From: the human T2T-CHM13v2.0 reference genome, Homo sapiens
Reading direction: 5' to 3' (one strand)
DNA length: 64,000 nt
Assembly: GCF_009914755.1 (NCBI RefSeq)
Contig: NC_060930.1
Part shown: positions 1-14,189 of the stretch, piece by piece
How positions within the stretch are numbered: the first letter of the stretch is position 1
How the letters are laid out: each line of letters begins with the position of its first letter
Translations under genes and position numbers: made by a program
The notes under the pieces: generated by a model
Databases searched by the model: none
What the model was told of the DNA's origin: nothing
The model's input: only the letters and a program-made list of their open reading frames with translations

Positions 1-594
1 TGAATCAAAGAGATTTTAGGGTAATTACTTTGGATCTGATCATAAACATTGCTGACTTCTAAACTAATGTATCCATGTAATTCTGCAGGCTCTCAGGTTT
101 CTCAAATGGTTTGAGTGTAGCCTTCCCTTATAGCACAGATACATAATCTTCAGGAAATATCCATAAACTCAACCTTGGAGAATCATGAGTTGGGATCTGA
201 GTGCTTCTTCTCTGAGAGAGGGCTTTGGGATTCATATACAAATTGACCTATCTTTCTATTATCCAGATTTGTATATCATTAAGATTTAATTTGCTATTTG
301 ACCTGTTATCTAAATACCTCAAATAATCTCTTACAGGACAAAAAGTCATCCTCTCTAGATCAAGAAAAAAAAAGCTGTATCACACTACAATAGTACTATG
401 ATTTATAAGTTCCTTGATAGCTGCCTTTCTTTCAGTAAGACTGAAAGCCCTGTCTTGTTCTTTTTTGTCTCTCCAGCAAATTAACCCAGTGCCTGGCATG
501 TAGTGAACAAGTAAATATTTATTGAGCAACTAATACAACATGATCCCTAACCCTAGATGTAATTTGCAACTTGTTGGATACATTCACCTGTATA

Positions 595-1658
595 CTTTTT
601 AATTTTTAGAATTAATTTTAGTGATATATATATCTTATGTAATAGTTTCTTATTTTAACTATACAGTCTGATGAAAAAAGTATATACCCACATAACTACA
701 CCACAATCAAGATATATAATATTTCCATCGCCCACTTCCCCTACAAATTCTCTGTTTTTCATCATCAATCTTTATCACCACAATCCCTCCTACAACCCAA
801 CTAACAGGTTCTAGACCACTGATTTAGGTTGTGTCACTTTATATTAGTTTGCATTTTCCAGAATTTTATATACATGGGATCATATAGTATGTACTCATTT
901 GTGTTTGCCTTGTACACAACATAGTTTTTGCGATTTATGCACATTGCTACATGTATTAGTAGCTTGCTCCTTTTAGTTGAATGCTAGTCCATTGTTTCAC
1001 TATACTACACTGTATCCGTCTGTTGATGAATATTTGGATTGTTTCCAGTTTGGGGCTATTATTAACAAAACTGCTATGCACATTTGTAAACAATCCTTGC
1101 TTGGACATATGTTTTCACTTTTTCTTGTGCAGATACCTAGGAGTAGAATGGGTAGATCATTAAGGTAGGCATATGATTACAATAAACTGCCAAATTGTTT
1201 TACAAAGTGGTTTTACCATTTTACACTTCCACCAGCAGTGTATGAATTCCAGTTGTTCCATTTTTTTATTTGTTTGAGACAGTGTCCTATGCTGTTGTCC
1301 AGGCTGAGTGCAGTGCCCAGCTCACTGCGGCCTCAAACTAACTAGGAGGCTCAAGTGATCCTTCCACCTTAGCCTTCTGAGTAGCTGGGACTACAGGCAT
1401 ATGCCACTATGCCAGGCTAATTTTTTATTTTTTGTAGAGGTGGGTGTCTCCCTATGTTGCCCAGGCTGGTCTTGAACTCCTGGCCTCAAGCGATCCCTCC
1501 ACCCCATTCCGCCTGGGCCTCCCTAAGTGTTGGAATCAGGTGTCAGCCACTCTGCCGGGCCAAGTTGCTCTATATCTTCAGTAACATTTGGGATTGTCTT
1601 TTTTTTTTTTTCTTTAATTTTAAGTCATTCTAGTGGTTAGGCGGTGGTATGTCACATT
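595..1658 (-). mobile_element. Old L1M (L1MB/ME-type) 3' region, interrupted by an Alu at 1261-1561
   Basis: Typical antisense L1M 3'-end text (acaatcaagatatataatatttccatc, gtttccagtttggggctatt, ttccaccagcagtgtatga) resumes after the Alu. Confidence 0.75.
1261..1561 (-). mobile_element. AluJ-type SINE
   Basis: Poly-T then tgagacag...ccaggctggtcttgaactcctggcctcaagcgatcc; diverged. Confidence 0.9.
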
Positions 1659-1907
1659 AAAATTCACATGCCCAAACCTCTGAATCCCCATTTACAAGAA
1701 TCCCTATCTTACACGCTAACACTTTGGATTTTCACTTAAAAAAATTAATGATATCATGCTCAAAAAATTAATGATAAAGCAACAACAGACCACTAAGTAT
1801 TTATCATTCTCCTAACTTCAGAGAGTAAGCTTCATGAGGCTAAGACCTATCTTGTTTTTCTTACATTTCTAGTATCTAGCACAATGCCTGGTGCATAGTA
1901 TGTACCT

Positions 1908-2270
1908 TTATTAGTTATTTGTTGCTGTGTAATAAATTACTCCAAATCTTAGCAGCTTAAAGCAACAAACATTTACTGTCTCACATAATTTCTGAGGGGC
2001 AAGAGTGGGGAGCAGCTTAGCTGAGTGGTCCTGAGTCTGAGGCTATCATGAGGTTTTAGTCAAGCTATCAGCTGGTGCTGCAGTCACTTGAAGGCTTGAC
2101 AAGGGCTGGAGAACTGGCTTCCAAGATGGCTCACTCACATGACTACTGCCAAGAATCGTCAGTCCCTTGCTAGTTGTTGTCAGCAGTCTGCAATTCTTTG
2201 GCATGTGGAGCTCTAGATTTGCTCAACATGGCAGCTGGCTTCCCCAAAGTGAGTGATTCGAGAAAGAAAA
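1908..2270 (-). mobile_element. MLT1-type MaLR LTR fragment
   Basis: tattagttatttgttgctgtgtaataaattactccaaa...gcttaaagcaacaaacattt...ccaagatggctcactcacatg. Confidence 0.75.
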
Positions 2271-2344
2271 AGTTGGTTACATAGACCAACCAGGAGATGG
2301 TGGATGTTGTCCCTAACTTCCTGGAGGCTGGCTAATAAAGTGCA

Positions 2345-2560
2345 TAATTAATATTTATTGATTAAAGTAATGTGTGTCTGATACTGTACTAAGCATTTTA
2401 CATATGTCATTTCATTTAATCCAGATAACAATCCCATGAATCATCCTCATTTGAGATATGATAAAACTGAGGCTTATACAAGTTAAGTAAACTGTCAATT
2501 TCTACGAAGCTAGTGGCATAACAAGAGTTCAAACACAGATCTCTTTAGCTCAAAGGCTGT
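2345..2560 (-). mobile_element. MIR
   Basis: MIR core in antisense: tcatttaatcc...aaactgaggct...gttaagtaa. Confidence 0.75.
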
Positions 2561-4904
2561 GAAAACATGGTTCACAGTACAAATGAATAAAAGAATTACA
2601 TTATTCTAAGAATAAAGTGATTTAGGTGGTCTTTTTAAACTTTGTTTAAATTGAGTCAAACTCATTTGTATGTGGCGGAAGAAACTAGATGTTTTATCAG
2701 GCGGGAAACCCTAAAATTCTTCAGGTGAGTAAAAAGTTAATTGCTTCCCTATTCTGTAGTTGACAAGGTGTTGTTTCATTTTTTCTCTCTTACTACGCTG
2801 TTTCAAATTCTTGGCAGATTATTGGAAACAAGGAAAGTCAAGAATTCTCCCAGTGACTACCCATAGAATTAAATCAACAAAAACTGTTGATCATTGACTG
2901 TGCATATGGCACTGTGGCAGCTTCCCAGATCTACAAAGCAAGTGAGACAGTATCTGTTGTTTAAGAGGTCATAATCTCTTTCGGATTAAGGTGATACAAA
3001 AATAATAACACAGAGAAGCTGAAGCATCATGGAGAGGCACACAAGGAATGCTTATTGAGGTCTGAATTTTTAAAAGACTGGACACGTCTTTAAAATACAT
3101 TTGGTGTTCGTTAAAATAATCTAGTGTGATAACCTCTGGAAATCACATTATTTTAAATGGAGGGAACTAGCCTTCTTTAATTTTTTTTTTAAAAAGCAGT
3201 TGGAAAACTTGAAGACAGGGACTTACTTACCTTTCCACATGTCTCTGTCAGGAACCAGTTTTCTAGGAAGGGTGGCAGAAATGAGCTTCATATGTTTCTG
3301 GAATGCAAGAATGTAGAAAGGGGGGTGGAGGTTCAAAGTCCAGGTAGCCCTCTGTGAGAACGCAGGAATCAAATCAGGACAAACAAAAGAAGGGTGAAGT
3401 GGGTAGGGCAACGGAGTTTCGGGATTGACTGGAATGAGAGTTAAGGTGATAATGCTGGGGTGGAAATGAAAGTCAGACCCCTCCTTACGGACTGGGAAGA
3501 AAGGAGCCCTCCTAGTAAAGTTGAAAAGACCAAGTGTCCTCTTCTCCATTTCACCGGGGAAACGCTCCTGTGCCTAGTCGTAAGGTACAGGAGAGTCTAT
3601 GGAGCCCATGGAGAGTCTAATGCAAAAACTAGTTTCCGACCAAACTTTGCCTTGGCCACTGAGCATGCTCAGCTTTGTCTTCTATAGAAAAGTGAACTCC
3701 GTGGCTCCAGATTTTAGCTATAGCAGCTGGAGGGCGGGAGTGAGTGTGGGAGAGCCAGCGTGGCAGCGGCCGCAGGTGGAAACCTGGAGTTTGAGTATGC
3801 TTGAAAGGGAAAGTGTGGAACGAAGGGGCGGCCGGGTGGGGAATCAGAGAAGCCCCCAAGGAAATGATTCATCATTGTGATTGACCTTGACTTTAGCAAC
3901 CCTTCATTAAAGGAGAAAATTTGGTTATTCGGAGATGGGGACTGTGTTGCAAACAGTTACAGGCAAAGAGGGGCAGTTCAGGATTCCGGCCGTGGTCCGC
4001 AGGAATGAGTCGGGGCGAGGGAATGGTTGTTATAACCCAATAGTGAGCCTCCCCGGTCATCCGGGCTGGACGGGACTGGGGTTGTAGCAGAAAAGCAGGA
4101 GCTGTATGGAGGATGCTCACCTGGCAGCCTCGATCTGCCCCTCTTCCCTCGCTCCTCCCTCCGCACCAGCCACAGCTAGTTGTCAGGGGCCAACATCTGG
4201 GCCGGGCTGGAACTGGCTCAGAAACTCGCGTTTGCCTGCTTATTTCTGCAGCTGGGCTCCTTGCCAGGTGCAACCACATCTATGAGAATCTCGCAGACTC
4301 TCAGACTCCTATGCCTTTGCTGGTACAGGGAGGAGGATTTACTATCACTCACTGCATAAACCATGATCACCAGAGATGTGCTCCCAAGTTACAAAGCCTG
4401 CAGGCGGTGCCCGAGGACCAGAGGGCCGGGCGCGGCCAGCTCACACTTCTGGGGCAGCCGTGAGCAGCGGGCACACGGGCAGCCACGAAAGCAGCAGCGA
4501 GGGTGGTGCAAACACCTCAAAACTACACCGAATCCAGTAGCGCCTGGCGCCCCCGGCGCGCAAGGTACGCTTTGGGGCGGTCCTGTCTGACCCCGGAAGA
4601 GAAAGTTGTTTTGGGGAAGGGGAGCAAGGAGAGGAGTGCGAGTTAAATAAAACTAAATATCAAAGTTGTTCTGCTCTGCTCAGGCCGCCTCTACTCCGCC
4701 TCATCTTTGTCCCAAGTCCTTTCACAGTCTGCCTTCCTCAAACGGCCCGATGCGCCCCCGTCTTTGCCGGAGTAAGCAGACCGCCAGCAGCCGGCCCGCA
4801 GGTCAGTCGACCCTCTCTGGATGCAGGTCGCCGGGAAAACCCGGAGCGGAGCATCCCTCGGGCCGGGAAACGCCCTCGGCGCGCACCCACTGGCGCGCAT
4901 GCTC

Positions 4905-5582
<678 letters not shown>

Positions 5583-8320
5583 TAGTCACTGGGGCTCGTG
5601 CTATTGGAGAAGCGTTCTGGACTGTTAAGTAACTTAGATCCATGCTAGGTACTGACACCTGGCACTTGTGCCCGGTCAGGTGAGAAGCCGGGTGATTCGG
5701 GCTGTTTCCATCTGGAAGCTACAGAGCACTGCATCCTCCCCCCCTCCACTCCCCGGGGTCGTTCCCCCACCAAGGGCCGGGCGCGCCTCTCCTTTAGTCA
5801 AGGCATGTCCCGGAGGACCTTGTGACCTGGGCAGCGCTCAAGCGGGCCGCACTATCTCGGCATCTTGGGAGGAATGAGGAATGTGCTCCGTGCTTTATCG
5901 CGGGTGGGCTTGGCCGGCTGGCCTGCGGTGGCTGCGGGGGTGGACGCGAGATGGGCGCAGGGGAGAGCTGGGCCTGGAGCGCTAGGGGCAGGTGCCCAGA
6001 TGCCGGCCGCCCGGGCCTTGCCTACGTGGACCTGTTGCGTGGTGGGAGCTGCGGTGAACGTCAGCGGAGGCTCTGCCCGCGGGCCAGCCTTGCAGCCGCC
6101 TTTCCCGGAGCGGGCACAGTCGTCCTGCTGACTTTCTCTCCTTGCAGTGATGCGTTATCTCTTCAGAGTTGTTTATGTAAATTGATCACTCCATTGCCGC
6201 CGAACTTGTCAAGCGACATGTGCTGATGGTGCTTTGACCGAGAGTAGGGGTACAGCGAACTTCTTTCAAGCTTGCCTCGGGAACTTAGCTAGAGTAACCC
6301 CTCGGGGAAGGTGTCTCAAACCCAGGTGTGTGCAGGAAGTCGGTGTGCAATAATCCAAAGGTGTGCAGGAAGTAGGGAGACTGCTGGCAGTCGGGGATTG
6401 GACCTGTTTTAGGCCTGAGCTTTGGAACGCAAACTTCTTGTTGCCCTTTAGTTAACACAAGCCAAATCATTGTCACAGAAACACTAGTCAAGTGTTCTGA
6501 CTTGTTAGAATGACCTGATACGTTCTCCAGCGCTGATGGAGCATTTAAACAATAAGAACTGTGTGTTTTTCTCAATATTTTAAGTGGTGGTGTTCTTCTT
6601 GGATTAACTTTCCTGGGTTCATGTGGAATTGATTGGATGTTTGCTCTGTGTAATCATGGAGATTATCCTCACTAGGACCTTTGCAAAGCCCCCCAGGCTT
6701 TATTTAGCTTAGAAGCAGCAAAGCCATCAAGTTCCCTCAGGCGTTTATTATTTCGCAGGCATTTTCAAACACATGATTTTTTTCTGGCCTTTTACGTCCT
6801 TGAAGATTTCTTACCAGTCGTCAGCTCCCTCACTGCTTTAAGTTGTGTAATTTTAGGCAGTGATATCACCAGGAATATAGAATATGTAATTTAATAGTTT
6901 TCAGGGGCTTCAGGATGACATTATTGAAGATGGAGTGAAAAGTTATTCACTAGAAATGATTCATTGCTCTTTGTGGTATTTGTTTTTTTGTTTTCTTTTG
7001 TAGAACTGGAAGATTTCCTTTGACTGGATTGGCTTTTCACTCCCTTCTGCAGGGTTTGTGGGTTTTCCTGTAATGTTGGGGAATTCAGCTTGGCATGGGA
7101 AATTACATAATTTCCCATGCCAAGCCGAAATGTCAGGTCTTTCTGTGATCCTAAATGGAAACTTGTCAGAATCTCAAAATATAGTCTGATGGCACTCTGT
7201 AAATATGGTAAATAAACAAGCTTTTCAAAGGTTACAGGTGATCTTGCTAATGGATTATTATTGCTCTAACAGCTGTTAAATTAGTATTAAAGTTTTTAGG
7301 TTGTGTAAAATCTACTTCTCCCTGACTTATTGTGTGTCTTGGTGCCTGGGTGTGTACATGCCAGACATGAGAACCACCTTGCAAACATAGATATCTGTTC
7401 CATCCCTTCCATTCTTTCCTTGGGCTATCTGTTGTCTCACCTCTGAGATCTGTATAACTTATTACCACTGGTCTCTGCTGCTCCTGCTCCAAACCCCTGT
7501 CTCCTTACCTGCCACACACAAGCGCATCTGTTTTGTTCACAAGCCTCAAAGGTCCTTATTTTGGTGGCCATACCAGCTGTATGTTCTCCTCTCTATAATT
7601 TGTTTGGAAGCACAGCTTAAGGGGAAGCCGGTACCCCTTACCAGGGCAGCAAAGATGCACTCTCCAGGTTTCAGTGTAATAACAGCCACCTTCTTTCCAC
7701 TGAAAGGCCTGCAACTTCTGGTTTGCGCCAATATCTTCCTTTTACAAATTCAGATTCAGAATTGAGGTGACTTTCTCAGGGCTGTCCAGTGAGTTAGATG
7801 CAGTTGCTGGTGGGTCTTGTTCATTCAGATGTCAGCCAAATACAATTGCTTTGGACACCTAGCAGGAATCTTCTATCCTGCTTCTCACACCCATCAAATC
7901 TTTATTTAGTCTCTCCTGTTTTACTCATGTCATTATAACTTAGCCTTAGCCAAGCATTTATTGAGACTCCATTATTTACAAGTTATTGGGAATATAGAGA
8001 TTAAAGGAGGCATGATTCACATCTTTGGGAGGAAGCAGATGATTTTAATCCAGATGTAGTTAGTGTGGGATGGAAAGGACACCACGGTTAAACTACTCCT
8101 AAGCTATGGACTTGATGGTTACTTCCCTAATCTTTTAACCTTTTGCATCAGATCCCTCATCTTCAGTTTGGTTGCAGTTGGGTGATAGCCTCACCATCCT
8201 TTTTGCATCCACCTACTTCTCCCCCATACCCGCAGTTTGATCCTTTTTGGCTCTGTGCTAACAAAGGCAGTCTCACTGTAACCTTCTTGAGATGTCTGTG
8301 TGTTTTTGCTTACCTTTGTT

Positions 8321-8626
<306 letters not shown>

Positions 8627-10191
8627 TTACCTTTGTTCAGCACAGAATCTCATCCTTGTGACACCCAATAGGTCTTGCTCAATAAACAGTTATTTATCTG
8701 TTGAATGAATGTTGCCGAATCTTATAAAAATCTTCCTCCCTCTGCTTCTTTCTTTTCCCTTAAGCATATCACTGCTCCAGCATCTATCCTTTTCTAATAT
8801 AGTCAGAATATTCAAGTTGGAAGCAACTTCAGAAGAAAAGGTCATTCATAGGGTGACACTGTTTTGTCCTACTTGCCCTGCAGGAACCTTGGCTTCCCCT
8901 CTGTACTTCCTCAGCCTTTCACATGCCATTGGTTTTCTCCTCAGTGTGCACCAGTTCTCAGATACCTTCAAATGCGTGTGTTTTCCTGTAATCTCCAGCA
9001 CCAATATAGCGCTTCATGTAGTAGTAGGCAGCACATATTTTAAATGAATATACTAAAGGCTTCATAGCTTTAAAAATTTGAATTTCACCTTGCCACCTCC
9101 TCTTAAGAGTTCAGTTGATTTTTGTTGATTGCCAGATGGCATTATCTCAAATGCCTGCCCCCTACATCATTCTTTCTCATATTCTGCTTTATTTTTTCCT
9201 GTCCTTTAGAGCATATATCATTACCTAACTCCAGACCATATATTTGCTTTCTTGTTCTTTGTCTCTCTCCCTAACTAAAACATAACCTCCATGAGTGCAG
9301 AGGTCTTCACGGCTGGACCTAGGACAGTATTTAGTACATAGTGGGCACAAAGATGTGTCAGTGAGTCCTAACATGGGTAGATGGGCCCTGTTTCTTAGCC
9401 GTCATAATTCCCCTTCCTATGGTCAGACTTTTGTACACCAATCTGGTGAAGCTATTGTTGACACAAAGTCTTCTTTCAGAATCCGGTGTCCTTGTCTTGC
9501 CAGTTTTTGTTTTCCATCTCTTCTGTGCTGGACACCTTTGATTGCCTTATCTTTGAAAGAATCTTCATGCATTGTAAACATATTTTCTATGAACATGACT
9601 TAAAGTTTAATATATCCAGCTGTGATCTGTTAAGGGAATATCCATCTCCACTTGTGGTAAGTCCCTTTTGCCTTAAACCAACCATGTTTTAATTTAGGTT
9701 TCATATTGCAAACTGACTGCTTTTCCCAGAAGTTCTGTTTCTAGGGGGCAGGGCAGCTATTCTTTCCATCTCAAAGGTCCAAGGACTTACCTCTGATCCT
9801 TCCTTCTTCTCTCCATTTTGTTGCCAAGTCCTGCCATTTCTGTTTTCACAATGCCACCTATTCTCTCTCAGTCCCTCACTCCCATCTGGTAGGCTTCATC
9901 TGGATTTATGTTGTGCGTTGCTGGTTGTCTTCTGCTGAGGCTCTTTAGGGCTGGTCTTGAAAGGGCAGAGAGCAGAGGTACTGGATTCAGATAGTTCAAA
10001 ATGCTGCCCCAACACTTGGAGACTCTGTTCAAGCCTCTGTTTCCTTGGGTGTTACCTACTTTATAGGGTTATAGAGTTATTAAAGACTATGTGTAAAGCA
10101 CTAAAAGTGTCAGCACAGAGTTAGCTCTCAGATGTCTAACATCTTTCTGGATACTGTGGCAAGATCCGTTTATTTTAAAATAATGTTTCTT

Positions 10192-10499
10192 TTTCTTTTT
10201 TTTTTTTTTTTTTTTTTTTGAGACGAAGTCTCTCTGTCACCCAGGCTTGAGTGCAGTGGCGCGATCTCAGCTCACTGCAACCTCCGTCTCCTGGTTCAAG
10301 TGATTCTCCTGCCTCAGCCTCTCGAGTAAGCTGGGATTACAGGCGCACACCACCACGCCCAGCTAATTTTTGTGTTTTTAATAGAGACGGGGTTTCACCA
10401 TGTTGGGCAGGCTGGTCTTGAACTCCTGACCTCAAGTGATCTGCCTGCCTCCGTCTCCTAAAGTTCTGGGATTACAGGCATGAGTCACCATGCCCGGCC
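10192..10499 (-). mobile_element. AluS SINE with 15-bp TSD AAAATAATGTTTCTT
   Basis: Full-length; TSD at 10177-10191 and 10500-10514. Confidence 0.95.
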
Positions 10500-10594
10500 A
10501 AAATAATGTTTCTTAAACTGGAGTTTGAAGACATTTTCCTGGGAGTTATTTTTTAAAGCCAGAATTACATTTTTAATATTCTTTTCAATAATAC

Positions 10595-10887
10595 TTTTTT
10601 TTTTTTAGACGGAATCTCACTCTGTCGCCCAGTCTGGAGTGTGGTGATGCAGTCTTGGCTCACTGCAACCTCTACCTCCTGGGTTCAAGCGATTCTCCTG
10701 TCTCAGCCCCCTGAGTAGCTGGGATTACAGGCGTGTGCCACCACGCCCGGCTAATTTTTGTATTTTTAGTAGAGACGGGGTTTCACTATGTTGGCCAGGC
10801 TGGTCTCAAATTCGTGACCTCAAGTGATCTGCCCGCCTCAGCCTCCCAAAGTGCTGGGATTACAGGCGTTAGCCACTGTGCTTGGCC
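10595..10887 (-). mobile_element. AluS SINE with TSD AATAATAC
   Basis: Full-length; TSD at 10587-10594 and 10888-10895. Confidence 0.95.
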
Positions 10888-11644
10888 AATAATACATTTT
10901 TTAAAAAAATCACAGATTCTGTGACATCTTGATGACCTTATAAATGAGCAGTGCCAGAAGACTTTATTGACTGTGTTTGAGCATTCCTTTAATTGTCTCT
11001 AGCTAGTGGGGGAGGAACAGATGTGAACTTATTACAGAAATGATTTGTTGGTGTCAGAAGATGGCTGGAAGTTGTATGAACAAAGGTTTCATGGCAATTT
11101 GTTAGACAAAAGTGTTGGGTAGCTGAAGGGGTCACAGCGCACATTGGTGTCAGCAAGCAGAATGTGAATGCAGGCTACCTCCTCCATGCTACTGTTGTAT
11201 TTAAAACATTGCAAGCAGCCATACAGTGTCTGCAAAATTGCATCATTGTTGTCTGTCATGTTAAATTAATGTTGAGCTTTCTTTTATGTGTTTTTACCAG
11301 ATTTAAAAAGTGTTTACCTTATAGTTTTATAAGAGCTAAAGCATAGAGAAGACATAACCTAGTTTTATGTTTGGACATACTTCAATAACATTATAATAAA
11401 TGTAATTTAAGTCAAAGCTTAGGGGAAAGGGGATCCAAAGGAATATTTCCCCTTTATAGTGCTGATCTATACATTTCTCAAGCTGGGGAAACAGTTGTCA
11501 TTTCTCAGATACCCTGTTACTATCACACAATTTAGCATTTAATTGTTTCCTGTGTTAGTCCCCCACCCCTCACCCCATACCTCTCCTCACCTCTCATACT
11601 TAAAAGTGAGAAAACTGAGACCTAGAGAAGTTGTCATTTGTCTG

Positions 11645-11793
11645 GGGTTAGTGGAGATTAGAGTCTCTGGTTAAGAAACATTTAGTGAGTATCTGTGACA
11701 TATTAATAATAATTATAATGGGTTAGTGGAGATTAGAGTCTCTTCAATTAAACATTTAGTGAGTTTCTGTGATGTATTAATAATAATTATAAT
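11645..11793. repeat. Two-copy ~75-bp tandem duplication
   Basis: gggttagtggagattagagtctct...aaacatttagtgagt.tctgtga..tattaataataattataat at 11645-11719 and 11720-11793. Confidence 0.9.
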
Positions 11794-11794
11794 T

Positions 11795-11970
11795 GTCACT
11801 GCTTATTGAGGTTTAACTGAGTTTTAAGCATTGTATTAAGTGCTCTACATAAATAATTTCTCTAAAATGGAATAACAGCCCACTGTAGCCATTATGATTT
11901 CAGCTTGGCAAATGCAGAAACTGAGTCATAAAAAACTTACTTAAAAAGCTTAAAAGCCTTGTTCACGGTT
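11795..11970 (-). mobile_element. MIR
   Basis: cttattgag...attgtattaagtgctctacat...gaaactgagtc. Confidence 0.6.
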
Positions 11971-12059
11971 AGTTCTGGAGCAAGCAAGAAACTCCTGCAA
12001 CATGTGTGCATTTACTGGTATGCTGTACTGCCCGCCTGGGAGCAAGGAGGCATGGCGAT

Positions 12060-12270
12060 GTGAAGAGCCTCTGCAGAATGCCATGACAGCTAAGGAGATG
12101 AACTCTACCCTGTAGGCAGAGGAGCCTCAGGGAAGGTGTCTATGCAGAGGTGAAGTATGGAAAGATCTTTGTTTCTAGAAAGATCATTCTGGGGCAGAGG
12201 AGAGAATAGAGTCCGGGAGACCAGGCAGGGGCTCGTTGCAGTGGTTTAGGCCAGAGGAAAAGATAGAGTA
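12060..12270 (-). mobile_element. L2 fragment
   Basis: tagaaagatcattctgg...ggagaccag...ttgcagtggtttagg, an L2 motif. Confidence 0.55.
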
Positions 12271-13523
12271 CCTGTGGGATGTTCTGGGAGATGGTGTCAT
12301 TAAAGTTTTTACCGCTGGGAGCCTCTCCCTTCCCATCTGCTGCTCTTTCTACTATGCCGCCTTGTGTTGTGCTGACCCATCCAAAGTGCTTCATAAATTT
12401 GTGGGACGCCAAATACAAAGCATTGTCCTCCCTTCTGTGGACATATTTTCCTTGATTGTGGGGTGCCCTTGTAAGATGCTCAACAAAACCTGGCAAGTTT
12501 TGTAGTAGGCATTGGCTTGGAAGAAAGATGGACAGCCAGATGTGTTAAGGGTAGGAAGAGTTTGCTTATTTTTGGTTTTGTTTAGATGAATGTGATCATT
12601 AAATTTATAAAAATGTACCAGCAGTGACCCTGGTAACCCTGTGGGTTCTAGTTTTCTGAGTAATATGAATGTATATTTATGTTTGTTCTATACTATGAAT
12701 TTTAGTTTCATCATCCTGTGCTAGAGTACAGGTGCTGGAGTAGAGGATGCTTTCAAAGACAAATACTTGGAGAATATTTATTATTCTAGAGTAACTTGAA
12801 ACTCATTGCTTGTATATCTTTTTAAAAAGTAGCTCAAGTCCTTGAGAAAAACAAACCATTTGCTTAATGAAACTTTGTGAGAGTTGACAAAGATAGAGTC
12901 ATGCTTTTAGTATGGTAAAACAGCAAAATGAGCCTGCTTCCACAACCCCCAGTTCCCTTTTCCTGGGGCTCCCAGCGGAAAAGGAGCACTTTGACTCCAC
13001 CTCACAGGCTTCCAGTGAATTTCCCCCGTTGCCGGAATTTTGCATCTTCTGTACTGTAACAAACAGGTACTTGGGATTTCCTTAAAACGGACCCTTTACC
13101 ACAGACTTGAGATTTTAGGAGTAAGCCACTCTTGAGATTTACACAAGAGTATCAGAAATAGCAGTGTAAACATTTCTTTGCGATGATGACAGATCCCAGA
13201 CATGGTCTTGCTGTGCCGTGGAATGAGATGTCGTGTTCTTTTTGGGTGAGGATCCAGTGAGTGCTGCAGGCTTCTCACTGTGCTCACTGAAGTCTAGGGC
13301 AAGTTCACCTATTTTAGGACTCTACCCAGGATTCAGGGCTAGAAATGTTTGCCCTCTGCTTCATAAGATAGTTCTGAGGGGTGATGAGACCATGGGCCAG
13401 ATCTTCCTAAATGCATAGGAGAAACTTCTGGATGTCCATTAACTTTCTCTTGGGTATGATTTAGTGGACAGGAATGGAATGGTAATTTACTATTGCATGT
13501 GGTATTTTAGAAGATCTAATAGA

Positions 13524-13553
13524 GTGTGTGTGTGTATGTGTGTGTGTGTGTGT
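13524..13553. repeat. Interrupted (TG)n microsatellite
   Basis: gtgtgtgtgtgtatgtgtgtgtgtgtgtgt. Confidence 0.9.
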
Positions 13554-14189
13554 AGTGTAAAATACGTTGGACTCCTAAAATAAGATGTAATATTTAAAAT
13601 TTTTCCCTCCTCATTATTTTGATCTAGACTATAATGTTTAGATTTCAGGGAAGTTGACTCAGTTGGAAGAAATTTGGTGTTTTTGTTTCTAAAAACCCCA
13701 AGGAATGGATTTGCCATGTGGTAAGTGGAAGGTGGTGTTACACCTAATTACAGCATGTTCCAGACTGACTCCTTGATTGTGTGGCTGAATGGAGAGGACT
13801 CTGTCCATCTGGCCACCATAGTCACCTTTCTTTCCGCAGTCCACCCCCGCTTCTTGGGAAGAGATAATCTGGAGGGCTGTCCACTGGCTTGTGAGAACCA
13901 GGCGCCTGAGTCAAATGAGCAGTTGTGAGGGCCAGAAAGGGGCTGCAAACCTCTCAGGATGTGATGTGGGCTCTGACTGCTTGACTTGATCTGGAAGATG
14001 CTGAATAAATGCCTTTGAGGCTCATGTTATTAGTGCAAATGACCTTGGCTATGGTGTTGTCTTGTGTTTATCTTATTATGAGAGTAGTGTGTGTTGGATG
14101 CTTAAAATAATTCAAAGAACAAAAAAGAAAGAATAGTCACTTGATTTCCTTGAAATGATATCATCCGTTAACAATTTGATTGTATTAAA

